Program-made: the position numbers and the translations under genes
NCBI GenBank assembly: GCA_038887295.1
Contig: JAWAKW010000001.1
Span: 238,115-302,114 of the forward strand
Length of the DNA stretch: 64,000 nucleotides
Direction: 5' to 3'
Origin: Candidatus Anstonellaceae archaeon
GTDB lineage: Archaea > Micrarchaeota > Micrarchaeia > Anstonellales > Anstonellaceae
Part shown: positions 1 to 9,250 of the stretch, in pieces
How positions within the stretch are numbered: position 1 is the first letter of the stretch
Layout: every line of letters starts with the position of its first letter
Notes under the pieces: generated by a model
What the model was told of the DNA's origin: nothing
What the model saw: the letters and a program-made list of their open reading frames with translations, nothing else
Database searches by the model: none

Positions 1-1
1 T

Positions 2-928
2 CTGCTGGATTGCGCACTTGAGATTGAAAAGACTGAGGTGGATGCGAAAATTGAAATCACCTCACCTGAGCAAATGCAGGCATTCCTGGCTCAAGAGGAA
101 AAGATGCTGCGCGATATGGTTGAAAAGATCGCAGCAACTGGAGCAAATGTAGTGTTCTGCCAGAAAGGCATTGATGATGTTGCTCAGCACTTCCTAACCA
201 AGAAAGGCATAATGGCAGTGCGCCGGGTGAAGAAATCCGATATGGAGAAGCTTGCCAGGGCAACTGGTGGCAAAATAGCAACCACATTGGATGACCTGTC
301 TTCCAAGGACCTTGGAATTGCAGGTGAAGTGAACGAAAGGACAATTGCAGGAGAAAAGATGGTGTTTGTTGAAAACTGCAAAGACCCCAAGTCAGTCACA
401 ATCTTCGTGCGCGCCTCAACTGATCACGTGGTTTCAGAAGGCGAGCGGGCAGTAGTGGATGCGATCGGTGCAGTCTCTTCTGCGATTGAGGATGGCAGAT
501 ATGTGACTGGAGGGGGCTCAACCGAGCTTGAGCTTTCTGTGCAGCTTGCCAAATACGCAACTGAGATCGGCGGAAGAGAGCAACTTGCAATACAGGCCTT
601 TGCAGAAGCGCTTGAAATAGTTCCTCGCACCCTTGCCGAAAACACTGGAATGGATGCAATTGACGCACTAGTAAACCTTCGCGCAAAGCACAAGAAGGAA
701 GGCGGGGAGCACTACGGAATCGACGTATACAACTCCACTATTGCGGACATGAAAGCATTGGGCGTGTTTGAGCCACTCAAAGTCAAAACTCAAGCAATTG
801 CTTCTGCATACGAAGCCGCAAAGATGCTGCTCAGAATCGATGACATGATAGCCTCAAAAGGCAAGTCAGACAGCAAACCCGGCGGCGACAAGAGCGGCCC
901 AGGCTCCTCTCCATCTGACGACTTCTAA
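2..928 (+). CDS. ths: Thermosome (group II chaperonin) subunit, C-terminal part; the gene starts upstream of the window
   Basis: Open frame runs from the window edge with no upstream stop. Equatorial/C-terminal chaperonin sequence ([10 protein letters not shown]..., [11 protein letters not shown], ...[12 protein letters not shown]) and a G/D/S-rich C-terminal tail. Confidence 0.85.
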   Translation: MLDCALEIEKTEVDAKIEITSPEQMQAFLAQEEKMLRDMVEKIAATGANVVFCQKGIDDVAQHFLTKKGIMAVRRVKKSDMEKLARATGGKIATTLDDLSSKDLGIAGEVNERTIAGEKMVFVENCKDPKSVTIFVRASTDHVVSEGERAVVDAIGAVSSAIEDGRYVTGGGSTELELSVQLAKYATEIGGREQLAIQAFAEALEIVPRTLAENTGMDAIDALVNLRAKHKKEGGEHYGIDVYNSTIADMKALGVFEPLKVKTQAIASAYEAAKMLLRIDDMIASKGKSDSKPGGDKSGPGSSPSDDF

Positions 929-1012
929 CTAATTTTTTTCCTCTTTTTTTCTAATTTTTTTGCTTTTTTCTTCGACTTAGAGAACCTTTTTTAATATTCG
1001 CATGAAAACAAG

Positions 1013-3856
1013 ATGGGAGGTGTTTTTTTGAAGTATGTTACATTGGCATCTGCTCTAATAATGCTCTCTTTTTTAACATGTGCTTTTTCTTTAGAAGCGT
1101 GGGTTGCGGATGAAGACATTTTCTACTCTTATCAAGAAGGAAACAATATAATTAATATCTTGGCAAACGTTTCGGATAATTCATCTCCAGTCGATGTTCT
1201 CATCAATTTCACTAACATTAATGAAAGCGCTTGTAATGGTAATCCTGTTTTTTACATGCAATATAATCAATCTTCTGGTCTCTTCCATGCTGAATGCATT
1301 GTTTCTGATATCGCCAGCTCAAAGTTTTTTGAGCCTGCCACAATTTTCATCTTTGCAAATGATTCCTTTAATCAAATAAACACAACTGCTATTCTTGTGG
1401 TTCTCTATAATTTTACATCTCCTTCTTCAACTTCTGATTGCTTTATTTTTGATAATGGAACTACAGATTTTAGCAAAGAGCCAAATCTTGAAAAAGTGAA
1501 TCTCTCAGTTGTCATCTCATTAAACGGTTCAAAAGATTGCACAGGTGCAGATGACGATTTATGGGAAGGTTTTCGCAAAGTAGCAAATCTATCCTTTACC
1601 AATATCAATGCAACAAATGGAACTAAACTAGCACTTCTTAGCTCCGCGTTCAATATTTCAATCGCCCTCCCAAATACATATAACCAGTCAAGAATATTCG
1701 TAAATACTTCTGTTTTTGAAGAACTTGATACAAACGCAAACATTAATCTTTACAATCTCCCATTTGAAAGCCAACCAGAAATCATTGCAGACAATTCTTC
1801 AAAAAACATCAGCAATATAACGTGGATCTCTACTTTTGATTCAGATAAAAATGTCTCCTTTGGCAACCTAAGCTTTTCTGTAACAGGATTTTCAGGATAT
1901 AACATCTCAGATGTTTCTGCCCCGGAAATCTCAATTCATTCTCCAACTCAAAGCTCATCGGTAGATACTCAATTTGTCATCAACGTATCAATCAATGGAA
2001 CAGGCACAGCCATCAGCTCATTAAATATAAGCATCTTAAATTCTTCTAATGACACGGTCCAATACTACTATTACAATCCAACCAACAACACAGCAAACTG
2101 CACACAGATTAGTTACGAACTTCTGCATTGTGTTTTGGGTACATATATAACATTAGAAGGAAATTACTCTCTCTTTGTTGAAGCAAGAGATTATGGCTAT
2201 CCTTCAGGTAACGCCAACAATTCTTATGTGGAATTTTCTGTTGTAAATACGCCACCTCAAATTACGATCTTCCATCCATTACAAAATTCAACCATTACGT
2301 CAAACAGTACTGATCTGAACTTTTCCGTAATCGATTCTAATCTTTCCACATGTTGGTATGTGTTGAATGACAACATTTTCAATCTTTCTGGATGCCAAAA
2401 TACTTCACTTCTACTTAACTCGACTTTCAATATCCTAACAGTATTTGCAAATGATTCAGCTAATAAAACAGGGAATTCAACCATTTACTTTTTGTACGAC
2501 CCTTCAAACTCTTCCTTCTTCCTTAACCATTCAACGCTTGCTAATAACTCAAGCACCTCATTTTTCATCCACAACTCCAGCCCTCCTGCTCATATTCAGA
2601 TCCTTAATATTTCTCTCCAAAACATATCCTTAAACTTATCTACCGTATCTTCATTGAATGGTTCTACAAAAAGCGCTTTCATAAGCAATCCAATAAATAT
2701 CTCCTTAAATATCTCTAACAACACCTCAATCAAGATCTTTCTCCCACCGAACTTATCAATTAATGGAAGCAGTAGCTGGCCCGCAGTACTTTTCCTGCCT
2801 ACCATCAAACAAAACGCAGTTGCTTCGCCGCCCGACTCTGGAACAAACAATATCATTTACGTTGTAGAGGTCGGATTTGGAGAAGAAATGCTGTTTTTTG
2901 ACAAAGCAGTCAGAATTCTCATCCCCGCAGCAGCAGGCAGATTGGCAGGCTATGTGCACAACGGGACATTCTTCAAAATTACTTCAAACTGTTCACAAGA
3001 TAATCAGCAATGGGCAGATGCAAACCTCAATTCAACTCAAAAAGAATGCAAAATCGATGTCGGATCAGATTTGGTAATTTGGACAAAGCACTTTACTCAG
3101 TTTGTAGCTTACTCAAATACCCCTCCCTCATCTTCAGGTGGAGGATCTGGAAGCTCAGGTAGCAGCAGTTCAACCTCCAGTGGTGGTGGAGGTGGAGGTG
3201 AGGGCGGCGGAGTAGCAGGTCCTGCCTCTTCACGTCTTACTTCATCCCACTTTGTTGATATAGGTATAGCAAACTGCACTATTCAAATAAGTAGAGAGAT
3301 ATCTTCAAGCAACACTTCCTCAGTGGTCAGCACAGTGCTGAAAAATACAGGTGATGAAATCTGCGATTTGAAGGACTTTGTTTTTGCAGACACAATTCCA
3401 GACAACTTTGCTGCAATTAACGAGATTTCGTTTACCCCGCAATATTCTTCCAGAGAAGGATGGAAAGTCATTTTTACCTTCCCGTCATTCTCTCCTGGTG
3501 AGTCAAAAGCTATAGCTTACAAAGTGAATGGCTGGGTGCCGCCATCCAGACTGCAAAACTTCACAACAGTTGAAGTTTATGCAAAGAAAGTTGTAGCTTC
3601 ACCGCAGCCTCAAGAACAACCACAGCAGCCACAACCTCAACCACAGCCTCCTCAGCCGCAGCCAACACAACCACCAGCCCAAAAAGAAACAGGAGATGAA
3701 AAAGCTCAACAGCCCTCTGCACCACCAATTCCTCAGCCTCAATCACAGGAGCCTGATATAGTGCCGATTGCATTGGCAGCTTTCATAGTTTTTGCCGGAA
3801 TTGCTGTAGCAGTAGCAGTGATTTACTTTACTGTAAAAAGAAAAATGAGACCGTAA
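1013..3856 (+). CDS. Large secreted, heavily N-glycosylated cell-surface (S-layer-like) protein with a C-terminal TM anchor
   Basis: N-terminal signal peptide and very many N-x-S/T sequons. Gly/Ser-rich and PQ-repeat low-complexity linkers. C-terminal hydrophobic helix followed by a KRKMRP basic tail. Sits in an AT-rich block. Confidence 0.6.
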   Translation: MGGVFLKYVTLASALIMLSFLTCAFSLEAWVADEDIFYSYQEGNNIINILANVSDNSSPVDVLINFTNINESACNGNPVFYMQYNQSSGLFHAECIVSDIASSKFFEPATIFIFANDSFNQINTTAILVVLYNFTSPSSTSDCFIFDNGTTDFSKEPNLEKVNLSVVISLNGSKDCTGADDDLWEGFRKVANLSFTNINATNGTKLALLSSAFNISIALPNTYNQSRIFVNTSVFEELDTNANINLYNLPFESQPEIIADNSSKNISNITWISTFDSDKNVSFGNLSFSVTGFSGYNISDVSAPEISIHSPTQSSSVDTQFVINVSINGTGTAISSLNISILNSSNDTVQYYYYNPTNNTANCTQISYELLHCVLGTYITLEGNYSLFVEARDYGYPSGNANNSYVEFSVVNTPPQITIFHPLQNSTITSNSTDLNFSVIDSNLSTCWYVLNDNIFNLSGCQNTSLLLNSTFNILTVFANDSANKTGNSTIYFLYDPSNSSFFLNHSTLANNSSTSFFIHNSSPPAHIQILNISLQNISLNLSTVSSLNGSTKSAFISNPINISLNISNNTSIKIFLPPNLSINGSSSWPAVLFLPTIKQNAVASPPDSGTNNIIYVVEVGFGEEMLFFDKAVRILIPAAAGRLAGYVHNGTFFKITSNCSQDNQQWADANLNSTQKECKIDVGSDLVIWTKHFTQFVAYSNTPPSSSGGGSGSSGSSSSTSSGGGGGGEGGGVAGPASSRLTSSHFVDIGIANCTIQISREISSSNTSSVVSTVLKNTGDEICDLKDFVFADTIPDNFAAINEISFTPQYSSREGWKVIFTFPSFSPGESKAIAYKVNGWVPPSRLQNFTTVEVYAKKVVASPQPQEQPQQPQPQPQPPQPQPTQPPAQKETGDEKAQQPSAPPIPQPQSQEPDIVPIALAAFIVFAGIAVAVAVIYFTVKRKMRP

Positions 3857-3868
3857 AGTTGAGGCCTT

Positions 3869-4870
3869 ATGAAGCGGCTAGCCTTCTTCCTTTTAGCTTT
3901 ATTTTCATCATTTTTTGCATTTAGCTTGGAGGATTTTGTCCCAGAAAACATGAGTTATAAAGTTGAAAATTTCACCTACGATCGCGCCGTTGTTCAAGCG
4001 GTAGTGGTGGAAGGTCAGCTTTATGCATTTTTGGAGAATGGCAACCCTGTCCTTGACATTCAAAAAATCCAAGAAATGCTGCGTTCGTATTTCATCTGGC
4101 AGGGATATTCCCCAAATTCAATTCTTGAGTTTGAAAAAATACATTCAGACATAGTGAAGATAAAAGATGCAAGAAAGCCAGGTGAAAACCAATGCAGAGT
4201 ATTTGTTGGCACAGACAGAAACCCCTGCACTAACTTCGACGAATGCCAAAAAGCTTGCTATTCTGTCACTTCCATGTGCCAACCCATGGCTTTCGGAGGC
4301 GGAAAGCCATTTATTTATGCAATTTTGGACTTTGAAAATCAAACCAAGATGCTTGATGCTGCCTATGAAAAAGAGGAGCAGGCTTATCAACAGCTTTCCT
4401 CAAACCCAAGTCGCCAAACAGTTGAAGCATACCTTCTTTCCTTGCAGGAAATAAATAAGCAGGCAACAAAAGCATCTTCAAATCAGCTCTTTGATTATTA
4501 TTTCTTCTGCTTTACACCTGATTATGCTTTACCTAACATCACAACAGCTCAGCTTGCAGCACAAAAGGCCTATGCAAATCTCTCGCGCTTTTTTGAAATA
4601 GAAAACATTTCAGCGCAAATCCTAAACCTCACCAAATACGGCATGATGAAGGTTGAATATCTGCAAAGTCTGCGCCAGCCGCCACAAAACACATCTTTCG
4701 TCACTCAAAATTATACAACCAACATCACACAAAGCAAGCCAATGCAGCCAAAACTTGAAACTGAAGAAAAATACCTAAACCCAGCCATCTTGATTGTTGC
4801 CTCAATCTTTGCTTTTGCCGTGGTGATTTTAGTAGTTTTTGCGTTTTTCAGGCTTCGCAGAAGGCTGTGA
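3869..4870 (+). CDS. Secreted, membrane-anchored surface protein (signal peptide, C-terminal TM, RLRRRL tail)
   Basis: Same architecture as the upstream gene. N-x-S/T sequons. A Cys cluster (CTNFDECQKACYSVTSMC). Confidence 0.5.
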   Translation: MKRLAFFLLALFSSFFAFSLEDFVPENMSYKVENFTYDRAVVQAVVVEGQLYAFLENGNPVLDIQKIQEMLRSYFIWQGYSPNSILEFEKIHSDIVKIKDARKPGENQCRVFVGTDRNPCTNFDECQKACYSVTSMCQPMAFGGGKPFIYAILDFENQTKMLDAAYEKEEQAYQQLSSNPSRQTVEAYLLSLQEINKQATKASSNQLFDYYFFCFTPDYALPNITTAQLAAQKAYANLSRFFEIENISAQILNLTKYGMMKVEYLQSLRQPPQNTSFVTQNYTTNITQSKPMQPKLETEEKYLNPAILIVASIFAFAVVILVVFAFFRLRRRL

Positions 4871-4941
4871 ATTTTTGCTGAGAGGTCCTAATTAAAAATC
4901 TTGCTATTTTAATTTTTATATAATATTTTTTAGGTGTTATA

Positions 4942-6261
4942 ATGAAGCGAATCAAAATAACCCCAAGCAAAGGCAAGCTAGGTGTTCTTTTGCCGGGCCT
5001 TGGCGCAGTTTCGACCACTTTTATTGCAGGAGTAATGCTTTGCAGAAAAGGGCTTGCCAAGCCTATTGGCAGCGTTTCCCAAATGCAGGCAATTAGGTTG
5101 GGAAGAAGATATGAGAACAACTGCCCAAAAATAAAGGACATCCTGCCTTTGGCAGGTCTTTCTGACTTGGAGTTTGCTTCATGGGACATCTTTCCTGACA
5201 ATGCCTATCAGGCAGCCTGCAAAGCAGAAGTCCTATCAAGTCATCATCTTTCGCTTGTAAAGCAAGAGCTTGAGCAGGTTGTTCCAATGCCCGCAGTCTT
5301 CGACCCTTCTTATGTAAGTAACATAAGTGGATCTAATGTGAAACATGCAAAAAGCAAGCTTGAGCTTGCAGAGATGCTAAGGCAAGACATACGAGAATTC
5401 AAGCGCAAATCCAAAGTTTCAAGGATGGTAATGATTTGGTGCGCAAGCACAGAGCGCTTTCAAGAGATCCAACCAATCCACCAATCCCTTGAGGAATTTG
5501 AGAGGGGATTGGAAGAAAATCATCCATCCATTTCGCCTTCCATGATTTATGCTTATGCTGCGCTTTGCGAGGGCGTGCCATATGTGAATGGCGCTCCCCA
5601 CTTGACAGTTGATATACCTGCATTGGTTGAATTGGCAGAAAAGAAAAAAATTGCAATTGCAGGCAAGGACTTCAAAACAGGCCAAACTCTGCTTAAAACA
5701 GCAGTTGCCCCGATGTTCAAATACCGCATGCTTGGGCTTTCTGGGTGGTTTTCCACCAATATCTTAGGGAATCGCGACGGACTAGTGCTTTCTGACCAAG
5801 GCTCATTCAAAAGCAAGGAAGCCTCCAAAAAATCTGCGCTTGAATTTATTCTCCAGCCACACCTTTATCCCGAACTCTACAAAGACATGTACCATAAAGT
5901 TCGCATTGAGTATTATCCTCCAAAAAAAGACAATAAAGAAGCCTGGGATAGTATAGATCTATTCGGATGGCTTGGATATCCAATGGAACTCAAGCTCAAC
6001 TTTCTCTGTCGGGACAGCATACTTGCAGCACCAATTGTCCTTGATTTGGCATTGTTTATTGATCTTGCCCAGCGAGCGGGGATGAAAGGCATCCAAGAAT
6101 GGCTTTCATTTTATTTCAAAGCCCCAATGCACGCACCCTCGGTCTATCCTGAACATGACTTAGCAATACAGCATCTAAAGCTGAAAAATACTTTGCGCTA
6201 TTTGGCAGGTTATGAACCACTAACTCATCTTGGGCTGGAATATTACGATTACTGGGATTAG
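4942..6261 (+). CDS. myo-Inositol-1-phosphate synthase (MIPS family)
   Basis: Rossmann-like N-terminus (GLGAVSTTFIAGV). KTGQTLLKTAVAPMF block. LGNRDG, a variant of the MIPS SYNHLGNNDG motif. Confidence 0.7.
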   Translation: MKRIKITPSKGKLGVLLPGLGAVSTTFIAGVMLCRKGLAKPIGSVSQMQAIRLGRRYENNCPKIKDILPLAGLSDLEFASWDIFPDNAYQAACKAEVLSSHHLSLVKQELEQVVPMPAVFDPSYVSNISGSNVKHAKSKLELAEMLRQDIREFKRKSKVSRMVMIWCASTERFQEIQPIHQSLEEFERGLEENHPSISPSMIYAYAALCEGVPYVNGAPHLTVDIPALVELAEKKKIAIAGKDFKTGQTLLKTAVAPMFKYRMLGLSGWFSTNILGNRDGLVLSDQGSFKSKEASKKSALEFILQPHLYPELYKDMYHKVRIEYYPPKKDNKEAWDSIDLFGWLGYPMELKLNFLCRDSILAAPIVLDLALFIDLAQRAGMKGIQEWLSFYFKAPMHAPSVYPEHDLAIQHLKLKNTLRYLAGYEPLTHLGLEYYDYWD

Positions 6262-6262
6262 G

Positions 6263-6853
6263 ATGCTTAAAAGCAAGTTTGCAGCTCATTTCCAAAAAGT
6301 CGCAGATAGGCTAAGCTGGATTCCTTTTTCCCCAAACCAGTTAACCATGCTTTCTATAGGATTGGCTTTAATTGGGTTTGCCCTCGCTTTCTTTGGCATA
6401 TTTTTGGCTTCTCTTGCTTTTTTTGCAGCATCCGCTTTCATGGACGCTTTAGATGGCGCGCTTGCTCGAGCAAGAAAGCAGACAAGTGCAAAAGGGGCTT
6501 ATTTAGATGGGATCGCAGATCGAATAGTGGAATTTTTGCTTGTGGCCTCATTTTTCTTTTTTGACTTGTCCTCCTTCCTAATCCCCATGCCGCTTGTTTT
6601 GTTTTCGATTCTGTTTTTTGGCTCCACTATGACTGCCTTTACAACTGCATATGCACATCATAGAAAAGTTGCAGACGAGAAAAAAATTCAAAATCAGCCT
6701 CGCCTGCTTGAAAGAGCAGAGCGCGTTCTTCTTTTGCTTTTCGCCTTCGCGTTGGCTTTCGTTTTCCCACAGCTTTCTTCTTTCCTACTTTTACTCACCC
6801 TAACTTTTTCCTTTTTTACATTCCTTCTTCGTACTGTTTATTTTTATGCTTGA
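6263..6853 (+). CDS. CDP-alcohol phosphatidyltransferase, archaetidylinositol-phosphate synthase-like
   Basis: D-G-x2-A-R...G-x3-D-x3-D motif (DALDGALARARKQTSAKGAYLDGIADRI). Multi-TM, about 197 aa, immediately downstream of MIPS. The ATG at 6263 sits right after the MIPS stop; the listed ORF begins at an upstream TTG. Confidence 0.7.
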   Translation: MLKSKFAAHFQKVADRLSWIPFSPNQLTMLSIGLALIGFALAFFGIFLASLAFFAASAFMDALDGALARARKQTSAKGAYLDGIADRIVEFLLVASFFFFDLSSFLIPMPLVLFSILFFGSTMTAFTTAYAHHRKVADEKKIQNQPRLLERAERVLLLLFAFALAFVFPQLSSFLLLLTLTFSFFTFLLRTVYFYA

Positions 6854-7371
6854 CCTCCCGTTTCCTCTCCATCCTTGGTTTTCTGTTCTTCATTTTTTTT
6901 ATCTATATTTTTCTGGTCATTGTTTTTTTTGACTATCTCTTGTATTATGGGGAACAAGATAGTCAGATTCTCCATTTGTCGCCTCCTAATTTCTTCATCT
7001 CTTTTACTTTCAGTAATTTCTTCATAAAAGATTCTCACTAAAATTGGATGTTCCCTTGCTTTCTTTAGGAATTCTTCCAATATACCATCATTTTTAAGAT
7101 GATTCAGGAAGTCATTTCTTTCAGTTGGTTTGTTCAGGTTGAATTGTTTTCCATTATAAAAAATGGCACCGTTTTCATCGACCAATAATAGTTTATTCTC
7201 CACCCTTATTTCCTGTCTTTTCTGCTCTATAACCACTGATGGTGTTTGAGAAGGAGAATTAGTTTTCTGTTTCTGATCCTCCTCCTTTTTCGTAAGTTTT
7301 AGAAATCCATCTTCGGGCCCACGTTGAGAAATAAGGTGGTCATTTTTCTTGATTTCCTGTGCCAATGGCAT
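6844..7371 (-). CDS. Hypothetical K/E-rich protein in an AT-rich island
   Basis: Long ORF with strongly reduced GC. Charged and coiled-coil-like. Tightly coupled to the downstream gene (7371/7372). Confidence 0.4.
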   Translation of the reverse strand: MPLAQEIKKNDHLISQRGPEDGFLKLTKKEEDQKQKTNSPSQTPSVVIEQKRQEIRVENKLLLVDENGAIFYNGKQFNLNKPTERNDFLNHLKNDGILEEFLKKAREHPILVRIFYEEITESKRDEEIRRRQMENLTILFPIIQEIVKKNNDQKNIDKKNEEQKTKDGEETGGQA

Positions 7372-8214
7372 TTATTTTACCCCCAATGTATATTTAATCG
7401 AAATGTTTTGAGGAATATTTTCATCTCTAAGATATACAGAATTTTTATTATCTTTATCAACTTCAAACTTTGGGTCTTTTAGTTCCAGATGTGATCTATT
7501 ATCGCTCCAATGGAATGCTGTTACCACTCCGTCCTCATCACATCCTATTATAGCAGTGCGACTGGTTGCAAAAAGATAGCCATCCTCAGTTACCAAAATT
7601 TGGTCTTTTCCAAGAAGAATTCTGCTTTTGTCTGGTGTTTTATCATAACTAATCCCAATACTGACTTTATCAGACCCCTCCTTAGTTCTTACAAAAACTG
7701 CTAAAACAGCATGGTCAAATATTAAATATGCAGCTTCACCAATTTTTTTTGTTCTTGCATACAAAATCATTCGTATCTGGTCTTCCCTCAACTTTCTTAT
7801 TTCTTCTTTTTCTTCAGCAGTATAAATTTCTCCTCCCAATTTCAGTAAGTCAACTTTGTTATATCCATATCTGCCTCTCCAATAACGGTTGTGCAGAATC
7901 ACAATTCCATCTTTCAGTTCGATGTCAAAGTATGGATAACCTCTGATTTCGCATTTGTATTTTGGCTTATACGGCTTTTCGGTTGTTTGAGCGTGGGCTT
8001 TCGAGGGACCAACATGAGGATGATAGCTGTCAAAACTTGGAGAAAAGAATGTCAAGGCAACTATTGAGGCACCTACCAGCCCAAGCTTTACTTTGGTTTT
8101 TGCTCTCTCAAATGCTTCCTTGAATTTGCGCCTCGAGGCAGCTTCGCTTCTGGGCAGTGGCGATTTATGAACTCCCCTAATTTCATTCATCTGCATGAAA
8201 TCACCGATCGCCAT
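7372..8214 (-). CDS. Hypothetical membrane-anchored protein with an N-terminal TM and extracytoplasmic domain, in an AT-rich island
   Basis: Long ORF with a single N-proximal hydrophobic segment (LGLVGASIVALTFF). No recognisable motifs. Confidence 0.45.
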   Translation of the reverse strand: MAIGDFMQMNEIRGVHKSPLPRSEAASRRKFKEAFERAKTKVKLGLVGASIVALTFFSPSFDSYHPHVGPSKAHAQTTEKPYKPKYKCEIRGYPYFDIELKDGIVILHNRYWRGRYGYNKVDLLKLGGEIYTAEEKEEIRKLREDQIRMILYARTKKIGEAAYLIFDHAVLAVFVRTKEGSDKVSIGISYDKTPDKSRILLGKDQILVTEDGYLFATSRTAIIGCDEDGVVTAFHWSDNRSHLELKDPKFEVDKDNKNSVYLRDENIPQNISIKYTLGVK

Positions 8215-8255
8215 AATTTCTACAAACTACCAATATTTAATACTTCCGTTGAGGG

Positions 8256-8951
8256 TCATCCTGCTTTGCGAAGCAAAAGCTGCCGCCCTTTGCTTGTCAA
8301 GCGGTAAAAGACGAACTTTTTTCCAGGCCGTTCTATCCTTTCAACCATACCTTCCAGAACAAGCTCTTCAAGATGCTCAGTTATGGTGGATTTGCTTTTT
8401 CCCAGCCTGGCAGAAAGGTCGGTTGGGATTCTATCTGCTTCAAAAAGCTGTCGAAGTATTTCCGCCTTAGTCCCACTTTCAAAAGCCCGCTGAGGCTTCT
8501 GAAGAAGCGCAAACGCAATTGCAAAAATAAGAACCAACCCAGCAATGATTTGAAGCAAATTTTTGCTTTCCACCTCGGCAGGCTCCTCCTCTTTCTGCAC
8601 AAAAGCAGCCACTGCCTTTTGAGGCAAAATTGTACAGTTTTCATTAAGGCAGCCCCTCCACTCACCCTCAGGACTGCAGTAATACATCTTGAAACCTTCA
8701 GCTTCAGGAGTGCAGCCAGTTTCAAGCACCCCTTTGCTTTTGAGGAGCAAAATTTCCTTAATCAATGCAGCCTCGGATGCTTCCGGCCCAAAAATCCTCA
8801 CCACTGCAGGCTGTGATGAAACAACCACAGTATAGTTCCCAAAAGAGCCGCCATTTGTACTCTCCTGCCAAGCTATTGAGCCTTCTGGAAAATAAGCAAT
8901 GTAGGAAGCAGAGCACACAGAGGCAAACATCAAAAGCAATGCAGCTATCAT
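8256..8951 (-). CDS. Membrane-spanning one-component regulator: signal peptide/extracellular Cys-containing domain, one TM, then a C-terminal winged-HTH
   Basis: N-terminal hydrophobic leader, a TM (IIAGLVLIFAIAFALL), and a C-terminal wHTH of the ArsR/MarR type (LSARLGKSKSTITEHLEELVLEGMVERIE). Confidence 0.55.
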   Translation of the reverse strand: MIAALLLMFASVCSASYIAYFPEGSIAWQESTNGGSFGNYTVVVSSQPAVVRIFGPEASEAALIKEILLLKSKGVLETGCTPEAEGFKMYYCSPEGEWRGCLNENCTILPQKAVAAFVQKEEEPAEVESKNLLQIIAGLVLIFAIAFALLQKPQRAFESGTKAEILRQLFEADRIPTDLSARLGKSKSTITEHLEELVLEGMVERIERPGKKFVFYRLTSKGRQLLLRKAG

Positions 8952-8999
8952 AAGGTGCTGTCTCCTTTTCTTGTTTAAATTCGTTAGGTTTTTGTTCGG

Positions 9000-9197
9000 C
9001 TATGGCTTGGCAAGCCTTATGTCTGCCGCAGTCACAGTTTTCCTTCCTGCGTGCTTTGCAAATTTTATCGCCTTGGCAGAAATTTCCAAGCCTATTTTTT
9101 CCAGTATTTCTGCAAGCTCCACTGCCGCGCTGTTGCTTACCCTATCTGCCCCAGCTTCCCTTATTATCTTCTCCACAGGCGCCTTGGGGAGTATCAT
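9000..9197 (-). CDS. Archaeal histone (HMf family)
   Basis: Histone fold: ...[52 protein letters not shown]. Start placed at the internal Met (MILPKAP...). Confidence 0.8.
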   Translation of the reverse strand: MILPKAPVEKIIREAGADRVSNSAAVELAEILEKIGLEISAKAIKFAKHAGRKTVTAADIRLAKP

Positions 9198-9250
9198 GGT
9201 TGCATTTTGCCCAATAAACATAATTAAATACTACCTTTCATTTTCCTTGT

